This document shows, piece by piece, positions 1 through 10,819 of a stretch of DNA of 61,928 nucleotides. Position numbers and translations under genes: made by a program. The stretch spans positions 1 to 61,928 of the forward strand of contig JBEKIR010000002.1 in assembly GCA_050011655.1 (NCBI GenBank). Direction: 5' to 3'. The notes under the pieces are model-generated. The model was not told the origin of the DNA. It made no database searches and was given only the letters and a program-made list of their open reading frames with translations. This stretch comes from Halobacteriota archaeon (lineage in GTDB: Archaea > Halobacteriota > Bog-38 > Methanoflorentales > Methanoflorentaceae). Every line of letters begins with the position of its first letter. The first letter of the stretch is position 1.

Positions 1-302
1 GTTTCTTTATCTTTCAGCAGATCAATTCCAAGTTTGATTGCATTGAGGGTGCCTAACGGTTTGTCTTCAACAGAATACTGAATTTCCATGCCACGATAGC
101 TGTTCCCATATCTCTGTTCTATCAGCTCACTCAAGTACCCCGTTAGCAGTATCACGCTCTCAATATCGCTATTGGCCATATCGTAGAGCTGTCGGTCGAG
201 AATTGTGTAGTCATCCGTGATGTCTATGAGTGGCTTGGGTATGTCCTCAGTATACGGTTTGAGTCGCTTGCCATACCCCCCGCAGAGGATCATGCCTATC
301 AT
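1..302 (-). CDS. sugar-phosphate nucleotidyltransferase, N-terminal part (gene runs off the window start)
   Basis: Reverse-strand ATG at 300-302 gives [28 protein letters not shown]..., the GxGxRL NTP-transferase signature. The frame is open to the window edge, so it is absent from the ORF track. Confidence 0.7.
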   Translation of the reverse strand, partial: MIGMILCGGYGKRLKPYTEDIPKPLIDITDDYTILDRQLYDMANSDIESVILLTGYLSELIEQRYGNSYRGMEIQYSVEDKPLGTLNAIKLGIDLLKDKE

Positions 303-461
303 ATAGATTTTCGTTAGTCCTGCTGTGACTTTACTTTTTCTGTAGCAAAAACTGAGCTAGCGCTCTTGCTACCATGGACCTCGGAAAAAATGAGGGGAGG
401 GGATCAACCGGCCGCTTGCACGGGCTTCTAGATGAAAAAAGGTTCTGGCGGCTCAATTAAG

Positions 462-785
462 CTAGCCGCACCCTCCGCCGCACGACCCACAGCCGGTGAG
501 GCTCGGGTGCTTGATAGTAAATCCTTTCCCAAACATTGGGTCATCGACGAAATCAATCTCGGCACCATCAAGTGCAGTCTCTACGTTCTTTTCCAAGAAC
601 ACTTTTACGCCGTTTGATTCTTGCACGTCTTCCGCTTTGGTGGGGTTTTCGTCAAGGGACATCGTATACTGCGGGCCGCTGCAGCCCATGCCGCCATATG
701 ATATCCTCAAACCATATTCGGACTTGCCTTCTTTTACGAGAAGGTCTTTCAACTCTCTTGCCGCTGTTTCTGATACTTGAATCAT
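462..785 (-). CDS. HesB/IscA-family iron-sulfur cluster assembly accessory protein
   Basis: 107 aa. LRISYGGMGCSGPQY and the C-terminal GCGSCGGGCG cysteine motif are typical of IscA/ErpA-type A-type carriers. Confidence 0.85.
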   Translation of the reverse strand: MIQVSETAARELKDLLVKEGKSEYGLRISYGGMGCSGPQYTMSLDENPTKAEDVQESNGVKVFLEKNVETALDGAEIDFVDDPMFGKGFTIKHPSLTGCGSCGGGCG

Positions 786-891
786 TTCGAACTCCTATAT
801 ATTTCTCTCTCGTCGCACCTATTTAAAGCTACGCAGCCGCCCAGCGCAGTCAAAATCCGGCTGCGTACAAAAAAAAAGACGGATGGCCGCT

Positions 892-2574
892 TCACATTGG
901 CGGCATGCCACCCATGCCACCCATGCCACCCATGCCACCCATGCCGCCCTCAGGCATCGGCGGAGCTGAAAGCTTGCTAGCCGCTATAACATCATCAATT
1001 CTGAGAATCATTATCGCAGATTCTGACGCAGAGCCGATTGCCTGAGTTTTTGTCCTAAGTGGCTCCACAACGCCCGCATCGACCATATCGATTGCAGCAC
1101 CCGTAAAGACATTTAGTCCAGCAGTCGTCATCCCTTGTTCGTGTTTTGACCTTAGCTCGACAAGCGTGTCGATGGTATCAAGACCAGCATTTTCCGCTAG
1201 GGTCTTTGGAATGACTTCCAAAGCGTCAGCGAATGCATTGATGGCGAGTTGCTCCCGGCCGCCTACTGTAGAGGCGTAGTCTCTGAGTTTTAGTGCCAGT
1301 TCGACTTCAGTTGCGCCGCCCCCGGCGACCAGTTTCTCATCTTCTATCGCGACACCGACTACTCGCAGCGCGTCGTTTACTGCCCTCTCTATGTCGTCCA
1401 CGACGTGTTCGGTCCCTCCGTGAAGCATGATGGACACTGCTTTCGGGTTCTCGCACTTTTCTACAAAGATCATCTCGTCGCCGCCAACTTTCCGCTCTTC
1501 AACAAGCCCAGCATTACCGAGGTCGCCTTTTTCCAGTTCGTCTACGCTCGAGGCGATCTTTGCGTTGGTAGCTCTCGCTAGTTTTTCCATATCGCTCTTT
1601 TTAACGCGTCGTGCGGCGAGAATCCCAGCTTTCGACAGGTAGTGTTGGGCGAGGTCATCAATCCCCTTCTGACAGAATACCACGGTAGCACCTTTGCTCT
1701 TGATCTTGTCAACCATGCCCTTGATCATTTCCTCTTCCTGGCTAAGGAACGCCTGAAGCTGATCCGGCGACGTGATCGAGATTTCGGCGTCGACCTCTGT
1801 ATCCTTAAGCTCGATTGCACCGTTTATCAGAGCAATCTTTGCTTTTTCGACGCTTTTCGGCATACCAGTCGAGACACGCTCTTTATCTATGATCATGCCC
1901 TCGACGAGTTCGGATGAGTCGATGCTTCCCCCGACCTTTTTCTCAATCTTGATGTTGTCGATGTCGAAGGTATTCTTCCCGTTTTCAGTTTCAATTACAG
2001 CTTTTACCGCTTTAACAGACATGGCAGCGAGTTTCTCTTTTGACGCTTCTGCGCCTTTGCCAGTCATCGCCGTAATCGCCACTTTTTTCAGAAGTTCCAC
2101 ATCATCAGGTGATACAGGGATCGCCACTGTGTCGAGCGTTTCTCGCGCTTTTACTGCAGCTAGCCTGAATCCCGATGCTATGATCGTGGGGTGCACGTCT
2201 TGTTCGAGAAGGTTCTCTGCTTTTCTGAGCAGTTCGCCAGTGATGATCACTGCTGTGGTCGTTCCGTCACCGACTTCGTCGTCTTGGGTCCGGGCGACTT
2301 CAACGATCATTTTCGCTGCGGGGTGCTCAATATCCATCTCCTTCAGGATCGTTACCCCATCATTTGTAATGACGACATCGCCCAGCGTGTCCACGAGCAT
2401 CTTATCCATGCCTTTAGGGCCTAACGTCGTCCTCACAGCCGCAGCAACCGCCTTCGCGGCGGTTATGTTCATGCCTTGGGCCTCTTTGCCTCGAGTCCTC
2501 TGGCTGCCTTCTTTAAGAATCAATATGGGTTGTCCACCCAGTTGTCCGACTTGTCCACCAAGTTGTCCTGCCAT
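892..2574 (-). CDS. ths: thermosome subunit (group II chaperonin)
   Basis: [61 protein letters not shown] and the GGM tail. Start chosen at the internal ATG (MAGQLGGQ...) rather than the upstream ORF-track Met. Confidence 0.95.
   Translation of the reverse strand: MAGQLGGQVGQLGGQPILILKEGSQRTRGKEAQGMNITAAKAVAAAVRTTLGPKGMDKMLVDTLGDVVITNDGVTILKEMDIEHPAAKMIVEVARTQDDEVGDGTTTAVIITGELLRKAENLLEQDVHPTIIASGFRLAAVKARETLDTVAIPVSPDDVELLKKVAITAMTGKGAEASKEKLAAMSVKAVKAVIETENGKNTFDIDNIKIEKKVGGSIDSSELVEGMIIDKERVSTGMPKSVEKAKIALINGAIELKDTEVDAEISITSPDQLQAFLSQEEEMIKGMVDKIKSKGATVVFCQKGIDDLAQHYLSKAGILAARRVKKSDMEKLARATNAKIASSVDELEKGDLGNAGLVEERKVGGDEMIFVEKCENPKAVSIMLHGGTEHVVDDIERAVNDALRVVGVAIEDEKLVAGGGATEVELALKLRDYASTVGGREQLAINAFADALEVIPKTLAENAGLDTIDTLVELRSKHEQGMTTAGLNVFTGAAIDMVDAGVVEPLRTKTQAIGSASESAIMILRIDDVIAASKLSAPPMPEGGMGGMGGMGGMGGMPPM
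904..948 (-). repeat. 9-nt tandem repeat (catgccacc x4 plus catgccgcc) inside the thermosome 3' end
   Basis: Read directly from the sequence. It encodes the [16 protein letters not shown]-terminal tail typical of chaperonins. Confidence 0.9.
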
Positions 2575-2685
2575 TTTTTCTCTCCGTGTAGCGCGATCAA
2601 TCCTAATGCGTGTAGGTTCGGGCTTAACTATGCAGAAAGTTCTATAAAAGCATTTTGTCCGAAACAAACCTCAGCAAACGCGCAG

Positions 2686-3627
2686 TTATTCTTCCGATCG
2701 CTCTCGCACGAGGTGCATCAATTCAGTCGAGCTATCCAAGTCTTCCAGCTCTTGCAGACGCACGATAACCGTGTGTAAGATCCTGAAACACTTGGGCTCA
2801 TCGTCAGTGATGTACAGCGAGTGCGCGGATACGACTCGCGCTATGCTACTCATCAGTTCAGCTCTTTTTGCCATCAAGCTCGCGTTCTTGCTGATTCCGG
2901 TCAGTAAGGTCTCTTCCTTGGTCTGCGACAGCATGTCAAACGGTGCCTGAAACATAGGGAGCACCGTGAATCCTAAGTCAACGAGTAACGATATTGCCTG
3001 TCTCTCCATGGGTGGAAGTGAATCAGCTTTCGCTATCTCCTTGTGAAAACTGTGTCGCGCGAGCAGGCTTATTGGCACGGCAAGCGGTGCATCTAGAATC
3101 GCCTCTAGCCTGACAGCTATTTCGACTTTAGCATCCATTCCTTCTTCGTATTTGCGAATACTTCTTCGCGAAACGCCTAGCTGCGATGCCATTGCACCTA
3201 AAGACAGGTTCTTGCTAGTGCGAGCCGCATAGAGTGCATCCTCATCTAATTTCACGTATAGTCCGCCCGGAGCGGCATAAATGAGCGGTGGAAGTTCATC
3301 TATGAAGAAATCTGACAGTGTGTCGACGTTAACAGCAGGGACCCCATAACGCACATACACCGCACCCTCCTGGAGTTCGTGATTTCGAGCTTTCTCGCCG
3401 ACAAGCAAAGGCGAGGCACAGAAGCACTCTGCAAGTTTCTTCAGTTCAAAGGCTGTTTCTTCACTTAGGCCGTCGATATTTGAAAGCATCTTCAAGAAAA
3501 GCAGAATTGAGCCCCTCCTAGCAGTGATGTCGAAGCATCTAGAGCGAACGTCACATCTCTTCGACGTTACGAATCCTGCCGTATGTAGCACCTTAGCAGC
3601 TTGATCTGCTAACAGATCCTGGCGCAT
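2686..3627 (-). CDS. archaeal putative HTH-type transcriptional regulator (MJ1164-like family, XRE-type HTH in the middle)
   Basis: CFDITARRG..LLFLKMLSNIDGL..PLLVGEKA..VYVRYGVPAVNVDT, then LSLGAMASQLGVSRRSIRKYEEG (HTH). Start could be 3654 or 3627. Confidence 0.75.
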   Translation of the reverse strand: MRQDLLADQAAKVLHTAGFVTSKRCDVRSRCFDITARRGSILLFLKMLSNIDGLSEETAFELKKLAECFCASPLLVGEKARNHELQEGAVYVRYGVPAVNVDTLSDFFIDELPPLIYAAPGGLYVKLDEDALYAARTSKNLSLGAMASQLGVSRRSIRKYEEGMDAKVEIAVRLEAILDAPLAVPISLLARHSFHKEIAKADSLPPMERQAISLLVDLGFTVLPMFQAPFDMLSQTKEETLLTGISKNASLMAKRAELMSSIARVVSAHSLYITDDEPKCFRILHTVIVRLQELEDLDSSTELMHLVRERSEE

Positions 3628-3749
3628 TATCGGGGTTCTCCTAGGTGATTGCAAGCCTCTAGAGCTTGCGGATCTACCCTACCTCGAATGATATGTTCAA
3701 AAAGATACTTATATACTTCTATCGATAAAAAAATGAGGCGCTTGCAGGC

Positions 3750-5006
3750 ATGCTTATCGGAATCGACGATACTGATTCAAAGCGCGGGATGTGCACCACT
3801 TACTTGGGCACTTTGTTAAAAAAAGCGCTCGAGCAAGAGCTGAACGAGATAATTCAGCTTCGCTTGGTGCGGCTCAATCCGACAATACGATTTAAGACTA
3901 GAGGAAACGCCTCAATTTGTCTCTCGATCAGGCATTCGTATGACGTTCAAGATATCGTGCGAAAGCACATCGAACGAATGGCGCACCTTGATGATGACAA
4001 TACACATCCTGGGGCTGTTTTTTTTGATGAAGGTGTAATTCCAGCAGATATCCAGCGCTTCGCGCGCGACGCTGTGCACGCCGAGCTCTGCTTGGAAAAG
4101 GCTACCGGACTCATCGAAAGGCACAGGCTGGATTTTTTATCATTTAAGAGCGGTAGAGGCTTAATCGGGGCGCTTGCTGCGGTAGGCGCGACGGCTGAAA
4201 GCTGCTCTTCGTACGAACTTATTGCGTACCGTTTTGAGAAGAATTTTGCAAAAAAACGTTACATAAATGTGCAATCAGTTTGGCATGCCGATTCGGCTAC
4301 TTACCCCTACACGTGGGATACGCTCGATCGAAACGATGAGGCGGTTATATGTGCCCCGCACTCTTCAGATCCTATACTCTACGGAATCAGGGGAGATGAC
4401 CCCCACCAAATACTCGCGGCGCACAGCAAAATTATCTCAGAACCATTTGAGTATCTAACGCTTTACAGGACCAATCAGGGGACAGATGCACACGTTCGAC
4501 CCGCTCAAATTCGAGAGTTGGAGGAAGGCCGCTCCTACAAGGTGACTGCAGTGATAACCAGCGCACCGTGGACAATAATAGGGGGGCATACTTTTGTCGT
4601 AGTAGGAGACAACGGTGGCAAGCTGCTATGCGTCGCATTTGAACCCACTAAGCAGTTCCGAACCACGGTCCGCGAGTTGAGTGTCGGCGACAAGGTGGTG
4701 GTCCAAGGCAGCTACGTAAAAAACTGCCTGCACTTAGAGAAATTGCGAGTTGTGGAACTCTGCGATCAATATGAAATCGGGAATCCTATCTGCTGCGACA
4801 AAAGCATGAAGTCGCTCGGGCGCGATAAGGGATATAAGTGCTCAAAGTGCAAGGCGGTCAAGCATGTCAGACTTAGAGATCAAATATCGATAAAAAGAGA
4901 AGTTGCGCCTGGCGCGTATGAAGTCACCCCGTCTGCGAGACGCCATCTCGCAGAACCACTCGTCAGGAGCCACAATCTTGGTTATGCTGTATTCCCAAGC
5001 AGATGA
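3750..5006 (+). CDS. tiaS: tRNA(Ile2) 2-agmatinylcytidine synthetase TiaS
   Basis: The N-terminus MLIGIDDTDSKRGMCTTYL is the hallmark TiaS start. A C-terminal Cys-rich zinc ribbon is present (CCDKSMK...CSKCK). 418 aa. Confidence 0.9.
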   Translation: MLIGIDDTDSKRGMCTTYLGTLLKKALEQELNEIIQLRLVRLNPTIRFKTRGNASICLSIRHSYDVQDIVRKHIERMAHLDDDNTHPGAVFFDEGVIPADIQRFARDAVHAELCLEKATGLIERHRLDFLSFKSGRGLIGALAAVGATAESCSSYELIAYRFEKNFAKKRYINVQSVWHADSATYPYTWDTLDRNDEAVICAPHSSDPILYGIRGDDPHQILAAHSKIISEPFEYLTLYRTNQGTDAHVRPAQIRELEEGRSYKVTAVITSAPWTIIGGHTFVVVGDNGGKLLCVAFEPTKQFRTTVRELSVGDKVVVQGSYVKNCLHLEKLRVVELCDQYEIGNPICCDKSMKSLGRDKGYKCSKCKAVKHVRLRDQISIKREVAPGAYEVTPSARRHLAEPLVRSHNLGYAVFPSR

Positions 5007-5093
5007 AGCAACGTAAGCCGTCAGGTTCGTCCGACCTTGCCCCGATGCGTAAGAGGTCCCTGGCTTTCAAGAAAAGCGCCGAGTCCTAGATTC

Positions 5094-6047
5094 ATGTGCG
5101 CAAGAGTTAACAGACGGGTTCTCAGAGGCTTGAGCCGATTTGACGGGCATATAGTTCACTTGACGCACACTGATCTAGACGCGGTATGCTGTGACGCACT
5201 CTTTAGGCGAAAATATGGAAATGTGTTCACGATCTTTTCGTCAGTTCAAGATTACAGCTCCTACATGGAGCTTCTCGCTCAGGCCGAAAAAACGGCGAAC
5301 CTGACATTGTGTCTTTCCGATCTTGGGGGCAGAACAAGTACTCTTGAAGTTGTTGCAAGGCTGAAAAGCAAAGGATGGCGCGTTGAGTGGCGCGACCATC
5401 ACGTGTGGGACGAGCGTTTTTTCGAAGATATCAAGAGCGTTATCGACTACTTGCGCGTCGATCGCGAACTATGTGCGTGTGAAATCGTATATACGGACCT
5501 ACTAGATGGCGATTTGATCGCCAAGGAAATTGCAGCGATAGGGAGAGACAGAGATTTCTGGATTAACAACGACCCGCGTTCTGAAGTGCTCTCTACTGCG
5601 ATAAGTGATGACAAGTCCCGAGAGGAGATAGCACTAAAACTGTCACGCGGGGCCTTTGCAGATGCCCAGATCGAAGCAATGTATGCACTTCAAATCGGTC
5701 GGAAGAGCGAAGCCATCAGCAAAGCGATCCAAAAGTCGGTTCTGCTCGGTCATACAGCGGTCACGACCAGCAACGGTTACACAAGCGATGTGGCTGCGAG
5801 GCTTAGGGAAAAATATCACTCAACAACGGAGATCATTTTGCGAGGGAATGGTGTATTCTCAGTCAGAACGGTCGCTCCTGTGAGTAACCAAATCGCAATG
5901 CTTTTTAACGGAGGTGGGCATCCACACGCTGCTGGCGGCAATCTCTCTTTCGCGAGGCGAGACCAGATAGCCTTTAAGTTGTTCGGGTATCGACTTGCGA
6001 AGGTGCACAAGCTTATCGAAGCGGCGTCGAGCTTTGATCATTCCTGA
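5094..6047 (+). CDS. DHH/DHHA1-family phosphoesterase (NrnA-like)
   Basis: HLTHTDLDAVCC (DHH-type motif) and the C-terminal GGGHPHAAGG (DHHA1 motif). ATG at 5094 preferred over TTG at 5037. Confidence 0.7.
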   Translation: MCARVNRRVLRGLSRFDGHIVHLTHTDLDAVCCDALFRRKYGNVFTIFSSVQDYSSYMELLAQAEKTANLTLCLSDLGGRTSTLEVVARLKSKGWRVEWRDHHVWDERFFEDIKSVIDYLRVDRELCACEIVYTDLLDGDLIAKEIAAIGRDRDFWINNDPRSEVLSTAISDDKSREEIALKLSRGAFADAQIEAMYALQIGRKSEAISKAIQKSVLLGHTAVTTSNGYTSDVAARLREKYHSTTEIILRGNGVFSVRTVAPVSNQIAMLFNGGGHPHAAGGNLSFARRDQIAFKLFGYRLAKVHKLIEAASSFDHS

Positions 6048-7047
6048 CCGACCGGGTGCCCCCGCGCAATTCAGCGATTAGAGCAGCCACCCCTTCTGGA
6101 TCATAGATCTCCTTAAACACTATAACATGACCACTAGTAGTCTTAACAATGAGATTTCCCGTCCTCAACAGCCTTTCTAGGAAGCTCTGTTGCTTTGCGT
6201 GCTTCGCAACCCGACTGAGCGGGATCACTGCCGTCTTCTTCAAAAAAAGGCCTTTTTCAATGGATATATCACGCGAGGTGATTCCGTATCTTTCCGAATA
6301 AACGGTAAGGGCGGTTCGAGCGGCGACGAAGAGAAAAAGCAGCACTGCGGCCCCCCTAAGCGCGGTTGCGATTAAGCTGACGTTTATGAGGCTCTGGACA
6401 AAAAAAGACCCGAAAAGGAGGACCACAAGTAGCAGCACAAGTCCTTTATGTTTCAGCGTGCAACCCAAGATACTGGGACGGGCCAAATACACGAGCTCTT
6501 CATCATCTGTATCCAATCCGCCTTTAACGACCGGATAGGCGGGGCGGGGGGTGCTAATCCGTTCGGTGTCATAGCGGGCGTCATAAAAGGATCGGTCGCG
6601 AGTAGCTTGTGTGGAATATGATGCAGCCGCGGTGCGGTCATTGACATACGTCGCGACGTAATCACGCATCTCCTCTGACACCGTCAAGGCACTTCTTGCA
6701 ATTTCGGGGGTGATCTTAGTCTTCTGAAAAGCGATGACGCCTGATTCCCACCAGTAATCTAGCGAGTCCGCGTTTTTCTCTATCTGAGTTCGCAAAGCTG
6801 GGTTGAAAGCAAGGCGTCCTCGACTCCTATATTCATCTTGAAGGCAGAACTGGTACAATTCTTTGATCCGGTGAGCGTTTAGAATGACCTCTTCATAATC
6901 GCCCGATTGATAGAAACGTCGCGCTTTTTCTATTAATCGATCTAGTGCCCGTGCAGCCACCGCAAATTCAGTTGTTGGAGGAGGGCTGTAGCTGTCTCTA
7001 TCGTCTGCACGCTCATGTTCCCAGTGGTCGGTGCTGTACCCTAGCAT
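6013..7047 (-). CDS. membrane protein with C-terminal bacterial-PH (bPH_2/YdbS-like) domain and an uncharacterised N-terminal domain
   Basis: Two hydrophobic helices are followed by YGITSRDISIEKGLFLKKTAVIPLSRV...GNLIVKT, typical of PF03703-like domains. Start set at ATG 7047, just after the queE stop at 7053. Confidence 0.55.
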   Translation of the reverse strand: MLGYSTDHWEHERADDRDSYSPPPTTEFAVAARALDRLIEKARRFYQSGDYEEVILNAHRIKELYQFCLQDEYRSRGRLAFNPALRTQIEKNADSLDYWWESGVIAFQKTKITPEIARSALTVSEEMRDYVATYVNDRTAAASYSTQATRDRSFYDARYDTERISTPRPAYPVVKGGLDTDDEELVYLARPSILGCTLKHKGLVLLLVVLLFGSFFVQSLINVSLIATALRGAAVLLFLFVAARTALTVYSERYGITSRDISIEKGLFLKKTAVIPLSRVAKHAKQQSFLERLLRTGNLIVKTTSGHVIVFKEIYDPEGVAALIAELRGGTRSVRNDQSSTPLR

Positions 7048-7052
7048 ACGAT

Positions 7053-7805
7053 TCACGCCAGCCCCAATAGCTTGTGCACTTGCGGTATAATCCTTACCTG
7101 ACTTAAATGCCTGGCAGCGACATCCATCAGCCGAAAGAGCTGATCGCAATCCGGCGAAACAGCGCGAAGCGTATGAGTAACTGGCTGCAGCACCAGAAGT
7201 AGATCGGTGCTGATACCCGCGAGGCGCTGCGCAACGAAGTCAATCATCTCGCTGGAAGTTTGCTTCAGCACCACGATTTTGACAAAAACGTCGGTTTGCG
7301 AAAGGCAGAATGCTTCGATGGTGCGCAGCTCTTCCCGGAGCAATAGATGATAGGCGGGGCTCGCAGCGTGTTCGGGCAGTTTTACATCGCACGCGGCAAC
7401 ATCCACCGCGTGTTTGAGGCGTATGGCGCTGCGCGAATCCATTCCGTTCGTCTCAAGATACAGAGGTTTGGGCAGCTTTTGCGCGAGCTCTAGGATGAAC
7501 TCTGTGCACAGCAGGGGTTCGCCGCCAGTCAAGCTAAGATGCGTTGTCGCCGGGGTCCACAAGCTTTCCACAACTTTGGCGAGATTGTTCGCTGAAATCG
7601 GATTCTGAAGTTGATGTGGGGTGTTGCACCTCACTCGACTTCCGCTCTCGATAGGTCTCGCAGATGCTGAATCACAATAGACGCACGTAAGCGGACAACC
7701 TTGGAATCTGACGAAAACTTGGCGCGTTCCGATATAAGGCCCTTCCCCTTGCATCGAATTGAACACTTCAAAAACGTTCGCTGTTGCTACCATTTTTGCC
7801 GGCAC
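7053..7805 (-). CDS. queE: 7-carboxy-7-deazaguanine synthase QueE (radical SAM)
   Basis: [35 protein letters not shown] is the QueE CxxxCxxC radical-SAM N-terminus. The gene is adjacent to queC. Confidence 0.85.
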   Translation of the reverse strand: MPAKMVATANVFEVFNSMQGEGPYIGTRQVFVRFQGCPLTCVYCDSASARPIESGSRVRCNTPHQLQNPISANNLAKVVESLWTPATTHLSLTGGEPLLCTEFILELAQKLPKPLYLETNGMDSRSAIRLKHAVDVAACDVKLPEHAASPAYHLLLREELRTIEAFCLSQTDVFVKIVVLKQTSSEMIDFVAQRLAGISTDLLLVLQPVTHTLRAVSPDCDQLFRLMDVAARHLSQVRIIPQVHKLLGLA

Positions 7806-7808
7806 GAA

Positions 7809-8495
7809 TTAGACATCACCTAGTCGTGTTAGCAACGGGTCTTCTTTGTTCAAGTTCTGAAAGGCGCGGCGTCTGCGTAGACAGGACTCGCAAGCACGAC
7901 ACGGAGAGTCTTCGGCGGTGTAGCACGACCACGACCATTCGAAAGGTGCTCCGATGCGCAAGCCGAGTGCCGCGATCTCTGTTTTGTCGTATTCTATAAG
8001 CGGAGCAACAATCTCTACTTGGTCTAGCGCAGCATATTGCAACACACGGTTGAAAGAAGTCACAAAATCGGCCGAGTTATCCGGGAACGTTTCAGCCTCC
8101 TCTTTGTTGAATCCGACGACAACGGTTTCATAGCGATAATTTTCGCAAAATGCGGTCGCTATTGATAAAAAAACCGCATTTCGCGCAGGCACCCATACGG
8201 TTTTTGCAGTTTCACACACTACCGAATAGTCTTCTAGCGTCTCTCTGGTGAGCTGTGGCAGTTCGCTGTTGTCGGTGAGTGCTCCCTCAAAACTCGCATA
8301 CCACGGCAATTCGATGACGTGATGGCTCACACGATACGTCGCGCATATTTTGGAAGCAAATTCGATCTCTTTGCTACGCGCCTTCTGACCGTAGTCGAAC
8401 GTGAGGCACTTAATACTGTCATAGGCGTCGTACGCGAGTTTGAAAGATACGACCGAGTCCAAGCCTGCTGACAGCAAAACAACGGCTCGTGACAT
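7809..8495 (-). CDS. queC: 7-cyano-7-deazaguanine synthase QueC
   Basis: VVLLSAGLDSVV (PP-loop SGGxDS-like) and the C-terminal CYTAEDSPCRACESC zinc motif. Start at ATG 8495 (MSRAVVLL). Confidence 0.9.
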   Translation of the reverse strand: MSRAVVLLSAGLDSVVSFKLAYDAYDSIKCLTFDYGQKARSKEIEFASKICATYRVSHHVIELPWYASFEGALTDNSELPQLTRETLEDYSVVCETAKTVWVPARNAVFLSIATAFCENYRYETVVVGFNKEEAETFPDNSADFVTSFNRVLQYAALDQVEIVAPLIEYDKTEIAALGLRIGAPFEWSWSCYTAEDSPCRACESCLRRRRAFQNLNKEDPLLTRLGDV

Positions 8496-8565
8496 TTTGA
8501 CGCCTCGCACTCGCAGAGTTCTATTAGGCAAAGCATTAATTAAAATTGCCTATTCATGTATTCAC

Positions 8566-8838
8566 GTGCACAAAACTGCAGAGATTCTTGTGTCTGGCTA
8601 TGTACAAGCGGTGGGCTACCGCCTCTATACTAAGCGATATGCTGATCAATTGGGCCTCACTGGTTCTGTACAAAACTTGACTGACGGAAATGTGAGGGTG
8701 GTAGCATCAGGCGCTGAAGAGGACCTCGCACGTTTTATTGAGAGGTTGCGGGAGGGCCCACGAGCAGCAATAGTTAAAGACGCGAAAGTGACGTGGAAGA
8801 AGGGAGAAAAAACCTTCAGAGAATTCGTCATGATGTGA
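8566..8838 (+). CDS. acyP: acylphosphatase
   Basis: VSGYVQAVGYRLYTKRYADQLGLTGSVQNLTDGNVRVVASG is the acylphosphatase signature. No in-frame ATG lies near the domain, so the in-frame GTG at 8566 is proposed as start. The ORF-track start at 8440 would overlap queC. Confidence 0.75.
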   Translation: MHKTAEILVSGYVQAVGYRLYTKRYADQLGLTGSVQNLTDGNVRVVASGAEEDLARFIERLREGPRAAIVKDAKVTWKKGEKTFREFVMM

Positions 8839-9181
8839 GCCGCGCTGTGCCACTGGCAGCGGTTGCTGTGGCTCGGACTATTTTTAGTGGCCTCGTCCAT
8901 CTGTGGTTTCGCTCTGTGGCACGCTGAGATTTTCCACTTATACGGTTGCAGTCTCGTTCGCTGGTTGCTAAAGCTAGGCGTAATGCAAACTTCGAGACTC
9001 GCGCCACGCTTTGGGGCCTACATCATTCAGGTGAGGTTTATCTGACTATCGTCGTCGCTGTGTTTTGGGCACGTCAGCACGATGGTCAGGCAAGCGTTAT
9101 AACAAGAAACGAATGCAAGGACTCTGCCAATTCTCAACTGCTTTTCTAGGATGGCGGTGTGGCGTGCGCAATACGCCACGA

Positions 9182-10819
9182 TTACGCCCATCGTCGCCGA
9201 GGATCTGTCATTATGTCGACAAGCGTCGCTTTTTTCGCGGAGAGGGCATTTTTCAATGCCTCTTTCAGATCTTGAGGGTCGTCAACAGTAAATCCTTCCC
9301 CTCCGCAGGCGTCTGCATAGCGCGCAAAATCGATCCTGTGCAAGTCAGTTGCAAAATGCGGGACGCCGGCTTCATCCTGCTCGTGTTCAATCATGGCGAG
9401 CTTGGCGTTGTCGAGCAATACAACGGTTAGGGGCAGCTCGTTTACTACGGCAGTGGCGAAATCGCCCATTACCATCGTGAAGCCCCCGTCGCCGGTCGTA
9501 CAGACCACTTGGCGATCCGGGCACACTAGTTGTGCAGCCAGCGCTGCGGGCAGGCCAAACCCCATGGAGGCGACATATCCGGAGATCAAGATTTCTTGAT
9601 CTGTTGCCATGAAGTTGCGCGCAAACCAGAGCGTATTATCTCCGACGTCGTTTGCAATTATGGCGTCGCGATCGATAACCTTTTGCAGCGCGTCCATTAT
9701 TTGTGGCCCTCGCACAGGGGATGCGTTTGAAGCGATTTCTTGCTGTTTCTTTTGCTCCCAGCGTTTCTTGATGCGGGCCACCTGATTCAAGTAGCCATCT
9801 GCGTGCTTATCAGTCACTTTCTCGTGCAACGCAGGCAGTACCATCGCCGCGTCTCCGACCAGTCCGACGCGTACGGGGAACTTCCGCCCAATCATGATTG
9901 GCTCGAGGTCAATTTGAACTTGCGGTATGTACGATGGCACGGCTGTTTTATCTGAATAGGAGCATCCAACAGTGACCAGCAAATCCGCGCCAAACACCAC
10001 CCTCTTCGCGGGGTCGGTGCCTATGTCCCCCATTACGCCTAGGGCGAGAGCATGATCCTCTGGAATGATGCCTTTGGCTTTGTAGGTCGTGGCAACTGGA
10101 GCATCGATCTTTTCCGCTAGTCGTAAGACGGAGTCTCTTTGTCTTCGAGCGCCGTATCCGACGATCAGGACCGGCCTTTCCGCAGCATCAATTGCTTTCG
10201 CTGCGGCGGCAATCAGGTGAGGATGAGGCATCAGTCGCAAATCAGGCAATCGCCCTGCTTTCGGCTTAGTTTTCACGTTGGGAAGCACGGAGAGCGTCTG
10301 CACGTTCGTTGGTATGCCCAAATGAGAGACGCTGTGCCCAACAATTGCCTGCTTCATGGCTACCGTGAGAAGCTCGGTTACTTGCTCCGGTGCGTCAATA
10401 ACCTCATTAAAATCGGCGACCGCCTCAAACAGCGCGTGCTGATCGATCTCTTGGAACGATCCCAAGCCCAAGAACTGCAGCCCAACTTGTCCGGTGATGG
10501 CCAGCACCGGCGCGCGGTCCATTTTTGCATCATAAAGCCCGGTCACCAAGTTCGTCGCTCCCGGTCCGGCTATGGAGAGACAAACTCCTAAGTCACCGGT
10601 GAGCTTCGCATAAGCAGACGCCATGAAAGCGGCGACTTCCTCGTGCCGCACGAGCACAAAGCGTATCTGGTCGCTTCTTCTTCTGATTGCATCAACGATT
10701 TGAAGCGATGTCTCGCCAGGGATTCCGTAAACCTGTTTTACGCCCCATTCAATGAGTTGCTCAACGATTACGTCGGCCACCAGCCGCCGGGGCTCGCCTT
10801 CTGCCGTCTCACCATTCAC
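9182..10819 (-). CDS. thiamine-pyrophosphate enzyme of the pyruvate oxidase / acetolactate synthase family
   Basis: YGIPGETSL..VLVRHEEVAAFMASAYAKLTG..GPGATNLVTGLYDA and the TPP motif TGDGGFTM...NN. GTG at 10819 is preceded by GGAGG with 10-nt spacing. The longer ORF-track start is 10951. Confidence 0.8.
   Translation of the reverse strand: MNGETAEGEPRRLVADVIVEQLIEWGVKQVYGIPGETSLQIVDAIRRRSDQIRFVLVRHEEVAAFMASAYAKLTGDLGVCLSIAGPGATNLVTGLYDAKMDRAPVLAITGQVGLQFLGLGSFQEIDQHALFEAVADFNEVIDAPEQVTELLTVAMKQAIVGHSVSHLGIPTNVQTLSVLPNVKTKPKAGRLPDLRLMPHPHLIAAAAKAIDAAERPVLIVGYGARRQRDSVLRLAEKIDAPVATTYKAKGIIPEDHALALGVMGDIGTDPAKRVVFGADLLVTVGCSYSDKTAVPSYIPQVQIDLEPIMIGRKFPVRVGLVGDAAMVLPALHEKVTDKHADGYLNQVARIKKRWEQKKQQEIASNASPVRGPQIMDALQKVIDRDAIIANDVGDNTLWFARNFMATDQEILISGYVASMGFGLPAALAAQLVCPDRQVVCTTGDGGFTMVMGDFATAVVNELPLTVVLLDNAKLAMIEHEQDEAGVPHFATDLHRIDFARYADACGGEGFTVDDPQDLKEALKNALSAKKATLVDIMTDPRRRWA

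Noticed and set aside
904-948. Tandem 9-mer catgccacc array, considered as a microsatellite or mini CRISPR-like repeat
   Set aside because: It is in frame within the thermosome gene and encodes the well-known GGM C-terminal repeat. There are no spacers.
1772-2647. 291-aa plus-strand ORF inside the thermosome gene (also 1427..1642, 1642..1917 and 2191..2424)
   Set aside because: It is antisense to a very well supported gene, its translation is low-complexity and Ser/Pro-rich, and it has no motif. It is a typical shadow ORF of GC-rich coding DNA.
8440-8565. Upstream part of the ORF-track acylphosphatase ORF (start at 8440)
   Set aside because: It would overlap the queC 5' region on the opposite strand and add 42 non-homologous residues. 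The domain begins right after the in-frame GTG at 8566.
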